Shown here in pieces: positions 8,308-17,766 of a DNA stretch of 64,000 bases. The first letter of the stretch is position 1. The number at the start of each line of letters is the position of its first letter. The notes beneath the pieces were generated by a model. It did not search any database, was not told the DNA's origin, and saw only the letters and a list, made by a program, of their open reading frames with translations. The stretch is from Candidatus Calditenuaceae archaeon (GTDB lineage Archaea; Thermoproteota; Nitrososphaeria_A; Caldarchaeales; Calditenuaceae). Location of the stretch: NCBI GenBank assembly GCA_025058055.1, contig JANXEU010000012.1:5095-69094 (forward strand). The letters run 5' to 3'. The position numbers and the translations under genes were made by a program.

Positions 8308-8889
8308 ATGCGGAGAGCGGGGCGCTGGCGGCCCAAGGTCTACGAAGACGAGGCCGTAGTTCTGGGGATCAACCAGACAAGGGGTGGCGGGAGGTTCGGA
8401 CACACGAACGTCGTGTATCTCCTCGGTACCGAGCACTTCACCCTTCTTGAGGCTGCGGTCTCCCCCGAGCTGAAGCTGATCGCAGGCAACCTCCTCTACA
8501 TAGGAAGGGACGCGCCTAGGGAGCTCGTCAGGATCATTAGGAGAGTGAGCTATCAGGACCTTCCTGAGACGGTGAGGCTTGAGCTCGAGAGGGCTGTGGA
8601 GAGGATCGTCGCTGAGAAGGAGGAGAGGTTCGTGAGGTTCTTCAACAGCTGCGGTTCCCTGACACCCCGCCTCCATGCGCTCGAGGTCATACCCGGTATC
8701 GGCAAGAAGACGATGCTCAAGCTTTTGGAGGAGAGGGAGAGGAAAGCCTTCGAGTCCTTCAAGGAGATAGAAGAGAGGACAGGGCTGCAAGGAGTGAGAA
8801 CGAGCGTAGTTAAGAGGGTCATGCAGGAGCTCTCCGATCCCGAGAACAGATACTGGCTCTTCGTCAGGCCACCGCATATCGAGGAATAG
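8308..8889 (+). CDS. DUF655-family helix-hairpin-helix nucleic-acid-binding protein
   Basis: EERFVRFFN...HALEVIPGIGKKTMLKLLEER pattern, plus conserved synteny after rpoF. Confidence 0.7.
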   Translation: MRRAGRWRPKVYEDEAVVLGINQTRGGGRFGHTNVVYLLGTEHFTLLEAAVSPELKLIAGNLLYIGRDAPRELVRIIRRVSYQDLPETVRLELERAVERIVAEKEERFVRFFNSCGSLTPRLHALEVIPGIGKKTMLKLLEERERKAFESFKEIEERTGLQGVRTSVVKRVMQELSDPENRYWLFVRPPHIEE

Positions 8890-8937
8890 CGCCTCGACTC
8901 CGAATTCCTCGTAGACCTCTCAGCTCTCACGTAAATA

Positions 8938-9717
8938 TTGACCGTGCTGAGAAGAGTTGACAGGATGACGGAGCTGGTGAGAATGGAAAACGTCTCCTTC
9001 GCGTACGCAAACTCGAGGGTTCCAGTTCTTCGGGAGATAAACGTCTACGTGAACTACGCTGAGTTCGTTGGGATCGTCGGACCGAGCGGGTGCGGCAAAT
9101 CAACGCTCCTTCGGTTGATGACCGGCCTGCTCAAACCCACTTCGGGCAGGGTGTTGTTCAGGGGCGAACCGCTCAACGGACCTAACCAGAGGATCTCGAT
9201 GATGTTCCAGTCACCGACGCTGTTGCCGTGGCTCACGGTCATCGACAACGTCATGCTTCCCCTCAGGGCGAGGAGAGACCTGACTGAGGAGCAGAAGTCC
9301 GAGCTTGCGACGAGGTTCCTAGACCTTACAGGTCTCTCGGGTTATGAGAGGGCCTATCCTAGAGAGCTGAGCGGTGGAATGCAGCAGAGAGTCGCCCTGG
9401 CGAGGGCCCTCGTCAGCCTTCCAGACCTGCTTCTGCTCGATGAGCCCTTCAGCAACCTCGATCCCCTAACGGCGTTGGCGTTGATAAGAGAGATCGAGCA
9501 CATGTGGTACGATTCGAGCCTTCCCCCCGCATCGGTAGTCCTGGTATCCCACAACGTGGACGAGGTCGTTCAGCTCTCTGACAAGGTGATCGTCCTGAAG
9601 GGCAGGCCTGCGACGGTGGCTGCAGAGATAAAGGTTGAGCTCGAGAGGCCTAGGGTAAGGAGGAGCCCTGAGTTCCTCAACGTGGTCGACGAGATCATCG
9701 TCCTCATGGGGAATTAG
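8938..9717 (+). CDS. ABC transporter ATP-binding protein (nitrate/sulfonate/bicarbonate-type)
   Basis: Walker A GPSGCGKST, signature LSGGMQQR, Walker B LLLLDEP, H-loop VSHN. No permease or binding-protein gene is adjacent. Confidence 0.85.
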   Translation: MTVLRRVDRMTELVRMENVSFAYANSRVPVLREINVYVNYAEFVGIVGPSGCGKSTLLRLMTGLLKPTSGRVLFRGEPLNGPNQRISMMFQSPTLLPWLTVIDNVMLPLRARRDLTEEQKSELATRFLDLTGLSGYERAYPRELSGGMQQRVALARALVSLPDLLLLDEPFSNLDPLTALALIREIEHMWYDSSLPPASVVLVSHNVDEVVQLSDKVIVLKGRPATVAAEIKVELERPRVRRSPEFLNVVDEIIVLMGN

Positions 9718-10220
9718 GATTTCGCCCTCTTTGCCCTCCTGAGCTTAAAGGAGGAGGTCTCGCCGTCGTACTCGAGTATTCCCGTGGCAACCAGCCAGTC
9801 TATGATGAACGAGTTAAGCTTCCTATGCTGCTCCTCATCCACTGGGCAGAGACCCAGCTTCTCGTTGATCTCCTCCACGGAGAGAGGAGCAGTTGTCGAG
9901 GACAGAAGCGCGATGACCGACTTGAAAGGCTCTAGCCCTTGGACCAAGTCTTTCAGCATTCCCAACTTCCCCGAGGTTCCACGCCTGCTGAAGACCTGTC
10001 CATCCTTCGTCAGTATCAGGTCGCCGTTCGCGACCTCAACGAACCTCAGGACCCTCGCCACCTCTGCGACCCTCAACAGCAGACCAGTCTCCATGCCCGT
10101 CTCTCTCGCCAAACGATGGAGGTCTATCCTGCCTCCCCACAGTACCAGCACCTCCACCAGCCCCGCGATCATCGAGGGCGTAACGTCTATGGGGCAGCTC
10201 CGTTGCTCTTCTTCCGACAA
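9714..10220 (-). CDS. winged-helix protein resembling the AAA-associated C-terminal domain of NitT/TauT-type ABC ATPases
   Basis: 168-aa product (IAGLVEVL...RIDLHRLARETGMETGLLLRVAEVARVLRFVEV). Convergent with the ABC ATPase gene, with a 4-nt overlap. Family call is from memory only. Confidence 0.4.
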   Translation of the reverse strand: MSEEEQRSCPIDVTPSMIAGLVEVLVLWGGRIDLHRLARETGMETGLLLRVAEVARVLRFVEVANGDLILTKDGQVFSRRGTSGKLGMLKDLVQGLEPFKSVIALLSSTTAPLSVEEINEKLGLCPVDEEQHRKLNSFIIDWLVATGILEYDGETSSFKLRRAKRAKS

Positions 10221-10301
10221 CCCCTGCCCGATTTCTGTGGCTCACCTATAAAACCGTGTTGTGGTTCTCACTTAAATATGGAGGATAAAGGTGGATGAGG
10301 G

Positions 10302-10718
10302 ATGTCCCACACGCCGAAGGCAGAGGCGCTTAAGGTCGTGTTCGTCGGTAAGAGGAAGGAGGCCGTAGCGAGGCTTAAGGTCGTAAAGGGGTCAGGGAAG
10401 GTGCTTGTGAACGGGGTCCCGATAGAACTGTGGGGGAACTGGATCGCTAGGGAGAAGGCGATGGTTCCGCTGAGGATCGCTGAAGGCGTGCGAAGTTCAC
10501 ACGACTTCCACCTCAACGTTCACGGAGGCGGTACGCTCGGTCAGGCAGACGCCATCGCTATTGCGATCGCGAGGGCCGTTGCGACTCTCAACCCCGAATA
10601 CGGCAAGATGATAGAGTCATTCGACTATCATCTGCTATCCGGTGACCCGAGAAGGACCGAGCCCAAGAAACCGAACAGAAGGTCCGCGAGGCGGTTCAAG
10701 CAGAAGTCCTACAGGTGA
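10302..10718 (+). CDS. rps9: 30S ribosomal protein S9 (uS9)
   Basis: GGGTLGQADAIAIAIARA and the C-terminal RRSARRFKQKSYR; TATA-like elements lie upstream. Confidence 0.9.
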   Translation: MSHTPKAEALKVVFVGKRKEAVARLKVVKGSGKVLVNGVPIELWGNWIAREKAMVPLRIAEGVRSSHDFHLNVHGGGTLGQADAIAIAIARAVATLNPEYGKMIESFDYHLLSGDPRRTEPKKPNRRSARRFKQKSYR

Positions 10719-10761
10719 CTCAGGTAACCGTTTTTCGGGAAGAGAACGGCCCAATGTCTGA

Positions 10762-11442
10762 ATGAGGGCAGACCTTCTGATAGCCGAGGCGGCGATCGAG
10801 CTGATACCACCGGAGCTGTGGAGGGAGTCGGACGTTGTCGCGTACTGCACAAAGAGACGCAAGGACGTCAGGTGGACTCTCCTTGACTCGTCCTACCATC
10901 ACAGAGCGATGGCAAGGCTCAGAGAGAGACAGAAGCGGGGAAGGCCTGACTTGGTGCACTTCATCCTCTTAGAGGCTCTGGGTTCGCCCTTGAACAGGGC
11001 TGGCCTTCTTCAAGCGCACGTCCACACGAGGGACGGTCGCTGGATTAGGATCAACCCAGCTACGAGGCTCCCGCGGGTCTACGAGAGGTTCAAGGGCCTC
11101 ATCGAGCACCTCTACAGACACGGGAGGGTTTGGTCCGAGGACGGAACCGCCCTTCTCGAGATGGAGGTGATCGGCCTCAAGGAATTACTTGAGCGACTCG
11201 GCCCAAGTCGGCGGGTTCTGCTACACGAGGCCGGTGCAGTCATCGACGACGAAGCGATTCGACGATATGCCTCTTCTGGGAGCGTGACGATCGTGGTCGG
11301 AGGCTTCCCGCATGGCGACTTCAGCCCTCACGTCCTCGAGTTAGTTGACGAACGCGTCAGAGTGTCTGACTACAGATTAGACGCGTGGGTCGCGGTTTCG
11401 AGGGCCCTCTGCCTCTTTGAGAGGGCCCTTCTTCAACCTTGA
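10762..11442 (+). CDS. nep1: rRNA small-subunit pseudouridine methyltransferase Nep1/Emg1 (SPOUT)
   Basis: LLIAEAAIELIP...LLDSSYHH...RGRPDLVHFILLEALGSPLN matches the Nep1 pattern. Confidence 0.75.
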   Translation: MRADLLIAEAAIELIPPELWRESDVVAYCTKRRKDVRWTLLDSSYHHRAMARLRERQKRGRPDLVHFILLEALGSPLNRAGLLQAHVHTRDGRWIRINPATRLPRVYERFKGLIEHLYRHGRVWSEDGTALLEMEVIGLKELLERLGPSRRVLLHEAGAVIDDEAIRRYASSGSVTIVVGGFPHGDFSPHVLELVDERVRVSDYRLDAWVAVSRALCLFERALLQP

Positions 11443-11454
11443 GCTACTTGGTCC

Positions 11455-13155
11455 TCAACCGTAACGGAACGTCACTCCGTGACCTCTCCTCTCGTGACCG
11501 AAGTCGACAACTTTCTGAGGGCCTATGACGCCGCAAGTACCGCACGCCACGCAGGCCACGTAATCGAACCGCAATCGGGCCTTCGCTATGTCGTTAAGCG
11601 TCTCCCTGACCGCCCTCATCCTCGCCTCCTGTTCGGTGAGGCCCTCGGACTTCGCGCGCTCTAGGTTGAATAAGTATAGGTCTCTGTAAGAAGCGAAGAC
11701 CCCCTTGTCCAAAAGGATCGTGTAACAGTTGACTGGGCACGCTGGTACCCACTGTTTGAGTTCATAGGCAGACGCCGCGTCGACATCGACCTTGATGTGG
11801 CTGTAGTTGTGGTCCTCATCGTACTGCAGTATCGCCGTGAGCTCCTGAACCCGCTTGATGGAGTCACGTACGTTGGGCCTCTTTGAGGCTCCTGCAACGC
11901 CTCGCACCTTTACACCACCAGCCGCCAGCAGTAACCTCGGGCCCAGTTCGTAGCCTATGCGGCCCTCGCTGATCACAGAGTTCGTCGAGGACCTCTTGAC
12001 GTCTCTGTAGATAGGTTTCAGTAACTCTTGGTAGGGTGCTAGCGCTTCGGCGTCGAACCTGTTAGCTGAGACGCACCTGAGCGCCACCTCCGCCGCCATT
12101 ATCCCTGTGGCTATAGCCCTCCTCATGCCGTCGATGAGTCCGCCGATCTTCACGAACGCTCCTAGCGCGTCGCCTGTCACCAAGTAGCCCGCCCTGAATG
12201 GCTTCTCCAGAAAAGTTTTGTGACCCTTCGGTATGTTGTGGGCCGAATACTCTACAAGTTCCGCTCCCTCGAGATACTGCGACACTACTGGGTGCTCTTC
12301 GAACTCCTCGAGGAGATCCATGGGCTTGCCGACGTTCGCTGGGTCTTCGAAGGCACGTCTCAGGTAGGAGTCGAGGGACGCGACGATGCCAACGCTCAAC
12401 GTGTCTCTGTTAGTGTAGATGAAGGCGCCTCCGCTGACACCCCTCATGAAGGGCCCTATGTAGTAGATCGCTTTACCTTCACCCGGTTTGACGCCGAACC
12501 TCTCCTCGATCAGTTCGGGTTTGAGCTTGAAGACGTGCTTCACGCCGTGATAGACCTGATACGGTTCGAGTTTCGATCTGAGCCCGGCCTCTGTCACCAG
12601 ATTGGACGTGACCCCGGAGGCGTCTATCACGAGCTTCGACCTCAGCTCCTCGTCGCTGGTTCTGACGCCGACAACTCTTCCGTCCTCGAAGAGCAGGTGC
12701 TCGACGGTGGTGCAGGTGTTCACGACTCCCCCCGCCTCTTGGACTCTGGCGGCCATCCAGCGGTCCATCTTCGCTCTGAGTACAGAGTAAGCCCTGCCGC
12801 CGGTCTCCTTGAAGCCGGTGATCCCGATTCTTGTCAGGAAAGAGTGCTCGTCAACCCTCCTGAACTTGTAAGAGACTGAGTCTTTGTCTTGTGTAGGTGC
12901 CGATACGAATAGGACCTCGTGAGAGACGATGCGCCTCTCGACTGGTCCGTTCTCCGCGAAATCCGGGAAGACATCGAGGACGGTGTAACCGGGAATGTAG
13001 TCGAGATAGAGCACACCCCCAGACACGTTCTTGCTTCCTGCCAAGGGACCTCGTTCGATAAGTGCCACCTCAACGCCGCTTTGGACGAGCTTCTTCGCAG
13101 CGGTGCAGCCCGCTGGACCAGCTCCGACCACGATGACATCGAAGTCGTAACCCAT
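11455..13155 (-). CDS. fixCX: electron-transfer flavoprotein:quinone oxidoreductase FixC fused to ferredoxin-like FixX
   Basis: N-terminal FAD fold DVIVVGAGPAGCTAA and a FixC-like body. The C-terminal roughly 100 aa carry CPVNCY...CVACGTCGV, a FixX-type cluster. Confidence 0.8.
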   Translation of the reverse strand: MGYDFDVIVVGAGPAGCTAAKKLVQSGVEVALIERGPLAGSKNVSGGVLYLDYIPGYTVLDVFPDFAENGPVERRIVSHEVLFVSAPTQDKDSVSYKFRRVDEHSFLTRIGITGFKETGGRAYSVLRAKMDRWMAARVQEAGGVVNTCTTVEHLLFEDGRVVGVRTSDEELRSKLVIDASGVTSNLVTEAGLRSKLEPYQVYHGVKHVFKLKPELIEERFGVKPGEGKAIYYIGPFMRGVSGGAFIYTNRDTLSVGIVASLDSYLRRAFEDPANVGKPMDLLEEFEEHPVVSQYLEGAELVEYSAHNIPKGHKTFLEKPFRAGYLVTGDALGAFVKIGGLIDGMRRAIATGIMAAEVALRCVSANRFDAEALAPYQELLKPIYRDVKRSSTNSVISEGRIGYELGPRLLLAAGGVKVRGVAGASKRPNVRDSIKRVQELTAILQYDEDHNYSHIKVDVDAASAYELKQWVPACPVNCYTILLDKGVFASYRDLYLFNLERAKSEGLTEQEARMRAVRETLNDIAKARLRFDYVACVACGTCGVIGPQKVVDFGHERRGHGVTFRYG

Positions 13156-13157
13156 CT

Positions 13158-14279
13158 TCAGATCGACCTCAACTCTTCTATCAGTTTCGGGAGGAAGTCG
13201 TAAAGGTCGCCGACCACGCAGTAATGTGCGATCTGGAAGATCGGTGCGTTCGGGTCCAAGTTGACCGCGACGATCTTCTTGGACCTCTGCATCCCCACTC
13301 TGTGCTGAAGCGCGCCGCTGATGCCTAGAGCGATGTAAAGGTCGGGTGCGATGGTCTTCCCTGTTTGGCCGACCTGACGGTCCTTTGTTATCAGTCCTTC
13401 GAGCTCCTTCAACTGAGCGTATATCAGGGCCCTGCTCGAGCCGATCTCGACCTTAATTCCGAACTTCTCGCTCAACAGCTTCTTCAGCTCCTCGGCCATT
13501 CCGTAAGCCTCCCTCGGGTCTCTAGGTCTGCCTGCTCCGTCCCTCAGTATTCCGAGCCCGAGGCTGATGACAACGTTCGCCTCCTCTAGTTTGATCTCGC
13601 TCTTGGGGAGCCTTCTGGTTTCGAGCGTCTCAACTTGGAAGTCGTCTTCGTTGAACTGAGGCTCCCATCTGACGAGGTCACCGCGCCTCTTCTCATCGCG
13701 CGGGAGAGGCGTGAAGTTACCAGGTCTCACGCTGCTTATCTGGGGCCTGTGCTTGGGAGTGAAGATCTTCGCGATCCTCGTTGCGAAGTCCGGTCTCACC
13801 TGTGCGATGCAGTCCTTGTAGACGTACCTGCCTGTTGGGAGGTTCATCACGAAGTCTTCCACGATCAGGTCGATCACGTCCGCTGCAAGTCCGGTCCTAG
13901 TCCTGTAAGCCACTCTGGGGCCCAAGTCCTTTCCGATCTCACTGGTCACGAACAGCATTGCCCACGGCTTCAGCTTCACGATCATGTCCGAAAGGACAGT
14001 TGTATACGGCAACACTTGATAGTCCTTCAACCTTGGGTCGTCGCAGTAGATCACCGAGTCAGCTCCATAGTAGATCGGTTCCCTCAACAGGTCATTCAGG
14101 TTGTATCCAATCAGCACGCCCACCACTTTCATTCCGACTCTGTCAGCGACCTTCCTTGCACCGCCGATGACCTCGGTCGTTGCCCTCGTCAGCTGGCCGT
14201 CCTCGTGCTCGCAGTAAACCCAGACGTCCCTGTAACCTTCTATCCTGACCTCAATGCTTTGCAGCTGCGAGGACACCAC
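13158..14279 (-). CDS. etfA: electron transfer flavoprotein alpha subunit
   Basis: C-terminal FAD-binding pattern GQTGKTIAPDLYIALGISGALQH...AVNLDPNAPIF. Confidence 0.85.
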   Translation of the reverse strand: MVSSQLQSIEVRIEGYRDVWVYCEHEDGQLTRATTEVIGGARKVADRVGMKVVGVLIGYNLNDLLREPIYYGADSVIYCDDPRLKDYQVLPYTTVLSDMIVKLKPWAMLFVTSEIGKDLGPRVAYRTRTGLAADVIDLIVEDFVMNLPTGRYVYKDCIAQVRPDFATRIAKIFTPKHRPQISSVRPGNFTPLPRDEKRRGDLVRWEPQFNEDDFQVETLETRRLPKSEIKLEEANVVISLGLGILRDGAGRPRDPREAYGMAEELKKLLSEKFGIKVEIGSSRALIYAQLKELEGLITKDRQVGQTGKTIAPDLYIALGISGALQHRVGMQRSKKIVAVNLDPNAPIFQIAHYCVVGDLYDFLPKLIEELRSI

Positions 14280-15453
14280 TGAACACCTCTGCTATCAAGT
14301 CCTTCAGATCGAAGACCTTAATCAGGCCCTTAGACTCTAGCTCTCTCACCAACTCCTCAGGAAGTCCCTCGACCTTCTGGAACCTCTCGAAGGGCCCGTA
14401 GGTCTTGCCGTTGAACTCGAACTTCTCGACCTTACTGCGGAAGACCTTCGTCACACCGAGGAACTTCTGAACCGGTATGCCACCGATGTCTATTCCAGGG
14501 CCAACAATCGTCGGAGAACCAGCGAGTCCTATCTGTGAGGGGTCTGCACCTATTGCGTCGGCGTTCCAAACGACGACCTCGCTCAACTTGTTCCTGTAGG
14601 AGTAGGCCCTGGCCCGTTTCCGTCTGGAGACTGGGGGGACGTCCGGTCTGTAATCTGGAAGGATGGTGATCAGGCAGGGAAGCTGACACCTTACCTTCTG
14701 GAAATACGAGCCTGTCTTACGTTCAGCTATGAGAGTCCCAGTCTCCGCATCGACTTCGAACCATGAGACGTGGGTTATGTCTGGTATCCTTTTGCCCAAC
14801 AGGTCTGAGAGGGCCTCGGCGGTCTGGGGCCCGGTACTACCGGTCTCGCCATCAGAGGTCTTGAGCCCAGCTACGATCAGAAACCTCTCAATCTCGACCC
14901 TAACCTTCTTCATGGTGTCAAGCAGCTCCTCTCTTGAAAGCTGGCCCCTTGCGTAGCGCTGTACCGCGGCCTCGGGTGCCCCGGGCTTGTCGGTGTAGAG
15001 GAGGTTTGGGATCAGGTTTCGCTTGTAGAGTTCCTCTGCTCTCTGAAGGACCTTCTCTCGAGGCTCACCGGACTCTACCATTGAAGTCAGCTCGTCGACC
15101 GCGTTTCGATGAATGTCGAGGACCTTTTTGACTCCAAGCGCCACCGCATAAGCAGTTGCCCAAGTGTCGGCACCGGCCATCCTCCTATCGCTCAGGATGT
15201 AACCCTCGTCAACGCCCTCAATCGGATAAGAGTAAAGCTCGGTGAAGAGGGGCTTCACCTTGAAGTCAGGGCCCATGCTGACCGCAACGAGCTTGCCGCC
15301 GTTGAACCTCTTCGCGTAATCCGCCGCCTGCAGCGCCTTGAAGTCCAGCGGGTTGATCACCAAGTCCATCTCCTCCCTCCTCAGCACGCCTCCGACCGTA
15401 ATGACCTTCGTCGTCCTAGCGGGCACCGCCTTCGTCAACAACAGTACGATCAA
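14251..15453 (-). CDS. etfB: electron transfer flavoprotein beta subunit, unusually long (400 aa)
   Basis: The N-terminus (VINPLDFKALQAADYAK...LVAVSMGP) and GLAGSPTIV are EtfB-like. There are internal and C-terminal extensions of roughly 100 aa. Confidence 0.75.
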   Translation of the reverse strand: MIVLLLTKAVPARTTKVITVGGVLRREEMDLVINPLDFKALQAADYAKRFNGGKLVAVSMGPDFKVKPLFTELYSYPIEGVDEGYILSDRRMAGADTWATAYAVALGVKKVLDIHRNAVDELTSMVESGEPREKVLQRAEELYKRNLIPNLLYTDKPGAPEAAVQRYARGQLSREELLDTMKKVRVEIERFLIVAGLKTSDGETGSTGPQTAEALSDLLGKRIPDITHVSWFEVDAETGTLIAERKTGSYFQKVRCQLPCLITILPDYRPDVPPVSRRKRARAYSYRNKLSEVVVWNADAIGADPSQIGLAGSPTIVGPGIDIGGIPVQKFLGVTKVFRSKVEKFEFNGKTYGPFERFQKVEGLPEELVRELESKGLIKVFDLKDLIAEVFSGVLAAAKH

Positions 15454-15548
15454 GATCTCTCGGAGAGCCTTAGGTCACGGTCTTAATATATACCCTCCTA
15501 AAATCACCACAAATCGTCCGCAGAGCGTTCGAGATCGAGGTCGGACCG

Positions 15549-16646
15549 CTAACCGGTGATCGAGTTGAGTCTCTTGAGTGCCTCTATCCTCTCCCTGTTA
15601 CCGAGCTTCGCAGACAGAACCGCCTCCCTCAGGAGCTCCGCGTTCCTCAACATCGCCCTTCGGTCCACCATGTAGGGCCTTCCGCTCTTAGTGCCATGTG
15701 CGTAGGCGAACTTGACAGGGTCCCTCCACGAGACCCGTGTGCCGTAGATCAGGGACGCGATGTAGGCTAAACCCCTGATCGTCGAGGGTCCCATCCCCTT
15801 CACAGTTAGCAGCTCCTCGAAGCTGTCGACGCCACGCGTCCTCCTGATCGTCTCCTCGTCAAGCGACTTAGGGGGTAGCAAGTGATCCGGGAGCTCCGTT
15901 CCCCCCACTTCAGGCCCCTCCCTGTCCAGAAGGCGCTGCCCCCTCAGCAACGCCTTAGCTTGGGCGAGGTCCTCGTTCAGTCTGCTCGCTGGTGTGTCCT
16001 TGAGCAGCTCAACGATCGTCTCCCTAGTGCCCCTGGAGTCGACACTTGTCATGTCGAGCACGACCTCCTCCTCCCTCTCCGCGAAGATGGACGAGTGGGG
16101 CCTCTCGACGACCGCTCCACGGTCACTGGACCAGTGATACCGCCTCGCGAGCCTCTCACGAACGTTCATCCCCTGATTCACGACCGTCCAGCTACCCTCT
16201 TCAGACAGCACCATCGCGTGGAAGTAAACGCTGTACGAGTCCTGAAGCGCGGAGTCGTCTACGCTGCAAGTCAACCTCGAGACGTTGGCTAGCTCACCCC
16301 TGTCCTTGATCGAGAAGCTGCGACCTACGCGCTCCAGCTCGTACGCAGCCCACCTCATCTCCTCTCCCTTTCCGCCGACGACCCGCATGGGCACATCCGT
16401 TCCCTCCAGACCCTCCTTCAGCGCCCTCATCGTGATCGTCGTCTGTCCGCTGGTGTCCCACTCGAACCCCAATACACACGCGAGCGCCGTCAGCCAGGTC
16501 GGGTCCGCGAACCTCCTCACGGTCTCCTCAGGGCCGTGTACCTCCACCAAGGCCCTCACTATCTCCCTTCCAAGCTCCACCATCTCCCTGTAATGCGGTA
16601 CCGGACCCGACGCCAGCCAGAGCTTGGCCGTTCCTATTCTCTTCAC
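15549..16646 (-). CDS. conserved hypothetical protein (DUF763-like) with C-terminal helix-hairpin-helix
   Basis: 365 aa with KGMGPSTIRGLAYIA and AYAHGTKSGRPYMVD segments. Family name is recalled, not verified. Confidence 0.45.
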   Translation of the reverse strand: MKRIGTAKLWLASGPVPHYREMVELGREIVRALVEVHGPEETVRRFADPTWLTALACVLGFEWDTSGQTTITMRALKEGLEGTDVPMRVVGGKGEEMRWAAYELERVGRSFSIKDRGELANVSRLTCSVDDSALQDSYSVYFHAMVLSEEGSWTVVNQGMNVRERLARRYHWSSDRGAVVERPHSSIFAEREEEVVLDMTSVDSRGTRETIVELLKDTPASRLNEDLAQAKALLRGQRLLDREGPEVGGTELPDHLLPPKSLDEETIRRTRGVDSFEELLTVKGMGPSTIRGLAYIASLIYGTRVSWRDPVKFAYAHGTKSGRPYMVDRRAMLRNAELLREAVLSAKLGNRERIEALKRLNSITG

Positions 16647-16756
16647 CGACTATACCAGTCCGAGTCGAGATTTAGAATTTACCGGAGACCGATACGTAGG
16701 GTAGGGCCCTGCTCAGCGCATGAAACGTTCAAATTCTATGGCTCTGTGGTGACCGC

Positions 16757-17086
16757 GTGGCCGTAGAGAAGGGAGGAACGCGCGTGATTGCGGTTGAGCT
16801 AGAGTCGCCGGAGGACCTCCTAAGGCTTGCTTCCCTGCTGCCCGTTCCCTTCGTGAATTACTCCATCGAGGAGAGGGTTGTCTTCCTGCCGTTTGGAGGT
16901 ATCGGTCGGACTGGGGCCGTCTACTACGCACGACTCGGAGAGCCTCTGAACTCCAGGTTCGCACATGTGAACAGGCTTAAGGGTTCTGTGACCTTCGGAG
17001 ACGCGGCTTCGATGGAGCCGAACGTGGTAAACGTCGAGATCATTCGGGTGAGGGCCCACAACATCCAGTTCCTGCAGTCAAAATAG
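16757..17086 (+). CDS. hypothetical protein
   Basis: 109-aa ORF with balanced, protein-like composition and no recognisable motif. It overlaps the next gene convergently by 9 nt. Confidence 0.35.
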   Translation: MAVEKGGTRVIAVELESPEDLLRLASLLPVPFVNYSIEERVVFLPFGGIGRTGAVYYARLGEPLNSRFAHVNRLKGSVTFGDAASMEPNVVNVEIIRVRAHNIQFLQSK

Positions 17087-17662
17087 ACCTCTCCTGCTGA
17101 ACTTCCTCCTTTGTGCGTACTGGTCGAGATACCTGTAAACGACGTTGTGAGGAGAGCCCTGCACGAGCATCATCACCGCCCTTCTCGCGGCCTCGACGTC
17201 TTCGGGGTGTCCCAGTATCGCGACTCTGTCGCCCTGTATTGCTACGTCTACGTGCGTAGTCTCCTCTATGATCCTCTTGGTCTTTCCCTGTGAACCGATG
17301 ATCCTGCCCATCACCCTCCTCAGGTCCCTGAAGTCCTTTCCGATGAACTCAGAGACATCCAGGACCGTGAGGGAGGTGTTGTCGCTGATGAGCTTCATCG
17401 CTAGCTCAGGCCTGAAACCGCTTCCTATCGCGTTCACGATGTCCTTGGCCTTGAAGAGCGCCACCGGGTCTCCGCCCTGATCGGGGGCCCTCATCAGCCT
17501 TATCTCGACATGACCGCTTGCCCCGTCTATCTCCAACCTTACCCCTAACCTCTCTTCGATCTCTCGCTTCACAGAGCCGTTTGGACCCAAGAGGGCAGAT
17601 ACCCTCTCAGAGGGGAGAGTGACGTAGAAGACCTGCTCGTGTCCTGCCATGGCACCCCCCAC
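17078..17662 (-). CDS. KH-domain RNA-binding protein (archaeal Dim2/Pno1-like)
   Basis: Two KH-like modules (LLGPNGSVKREIEERLGV; IIGSQGKTKRIIEETT); 194 aa. Confidence 0.7.
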   Translation of the reverse strand: MGGAMAGHEQVFYVTLPSERVSALLGPNGSVKREIEERLGVRLEIDGASGHVEIRLMRAPDQGGDPVALFKAKDIVNAIGSGFRPELAMKLISDNTSLTVLDVSEFIGKDFRDLRRVMGRIIGSQGKTKRIIEETTHVDVAIQGDRVAILGHPEDVEAARRAVMMLVQGSPHNVVYRYLDQYAQRRKFSRRGLF

Positions 17663-17766
17663 GATCTATGAAAAGCCGGTTATTCAAGTACTCAGCCCCC
17701 CAACCGTCACGTAGATCATGAAAAGGACAATTACCGCTTAGGGTTCTCAGAACTGGGTGCTGCGCG

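Noticed and set aside
8152-8877. 241-aa ORF antisense to the rpoF 3' end and the DUF655 gene
   Set aside because: The plus-strand genes match conserved families in conserved synteny. The antisense product has no recognisable features.
12220-14282. 219-aa and 215-aa plus-strand ORFs (12220-12879, 13635-14282)
   Set aside because: They are antisense to fixCX and etfA, both of which have clear cofactor-binding motifs. These are shadow ORFs.
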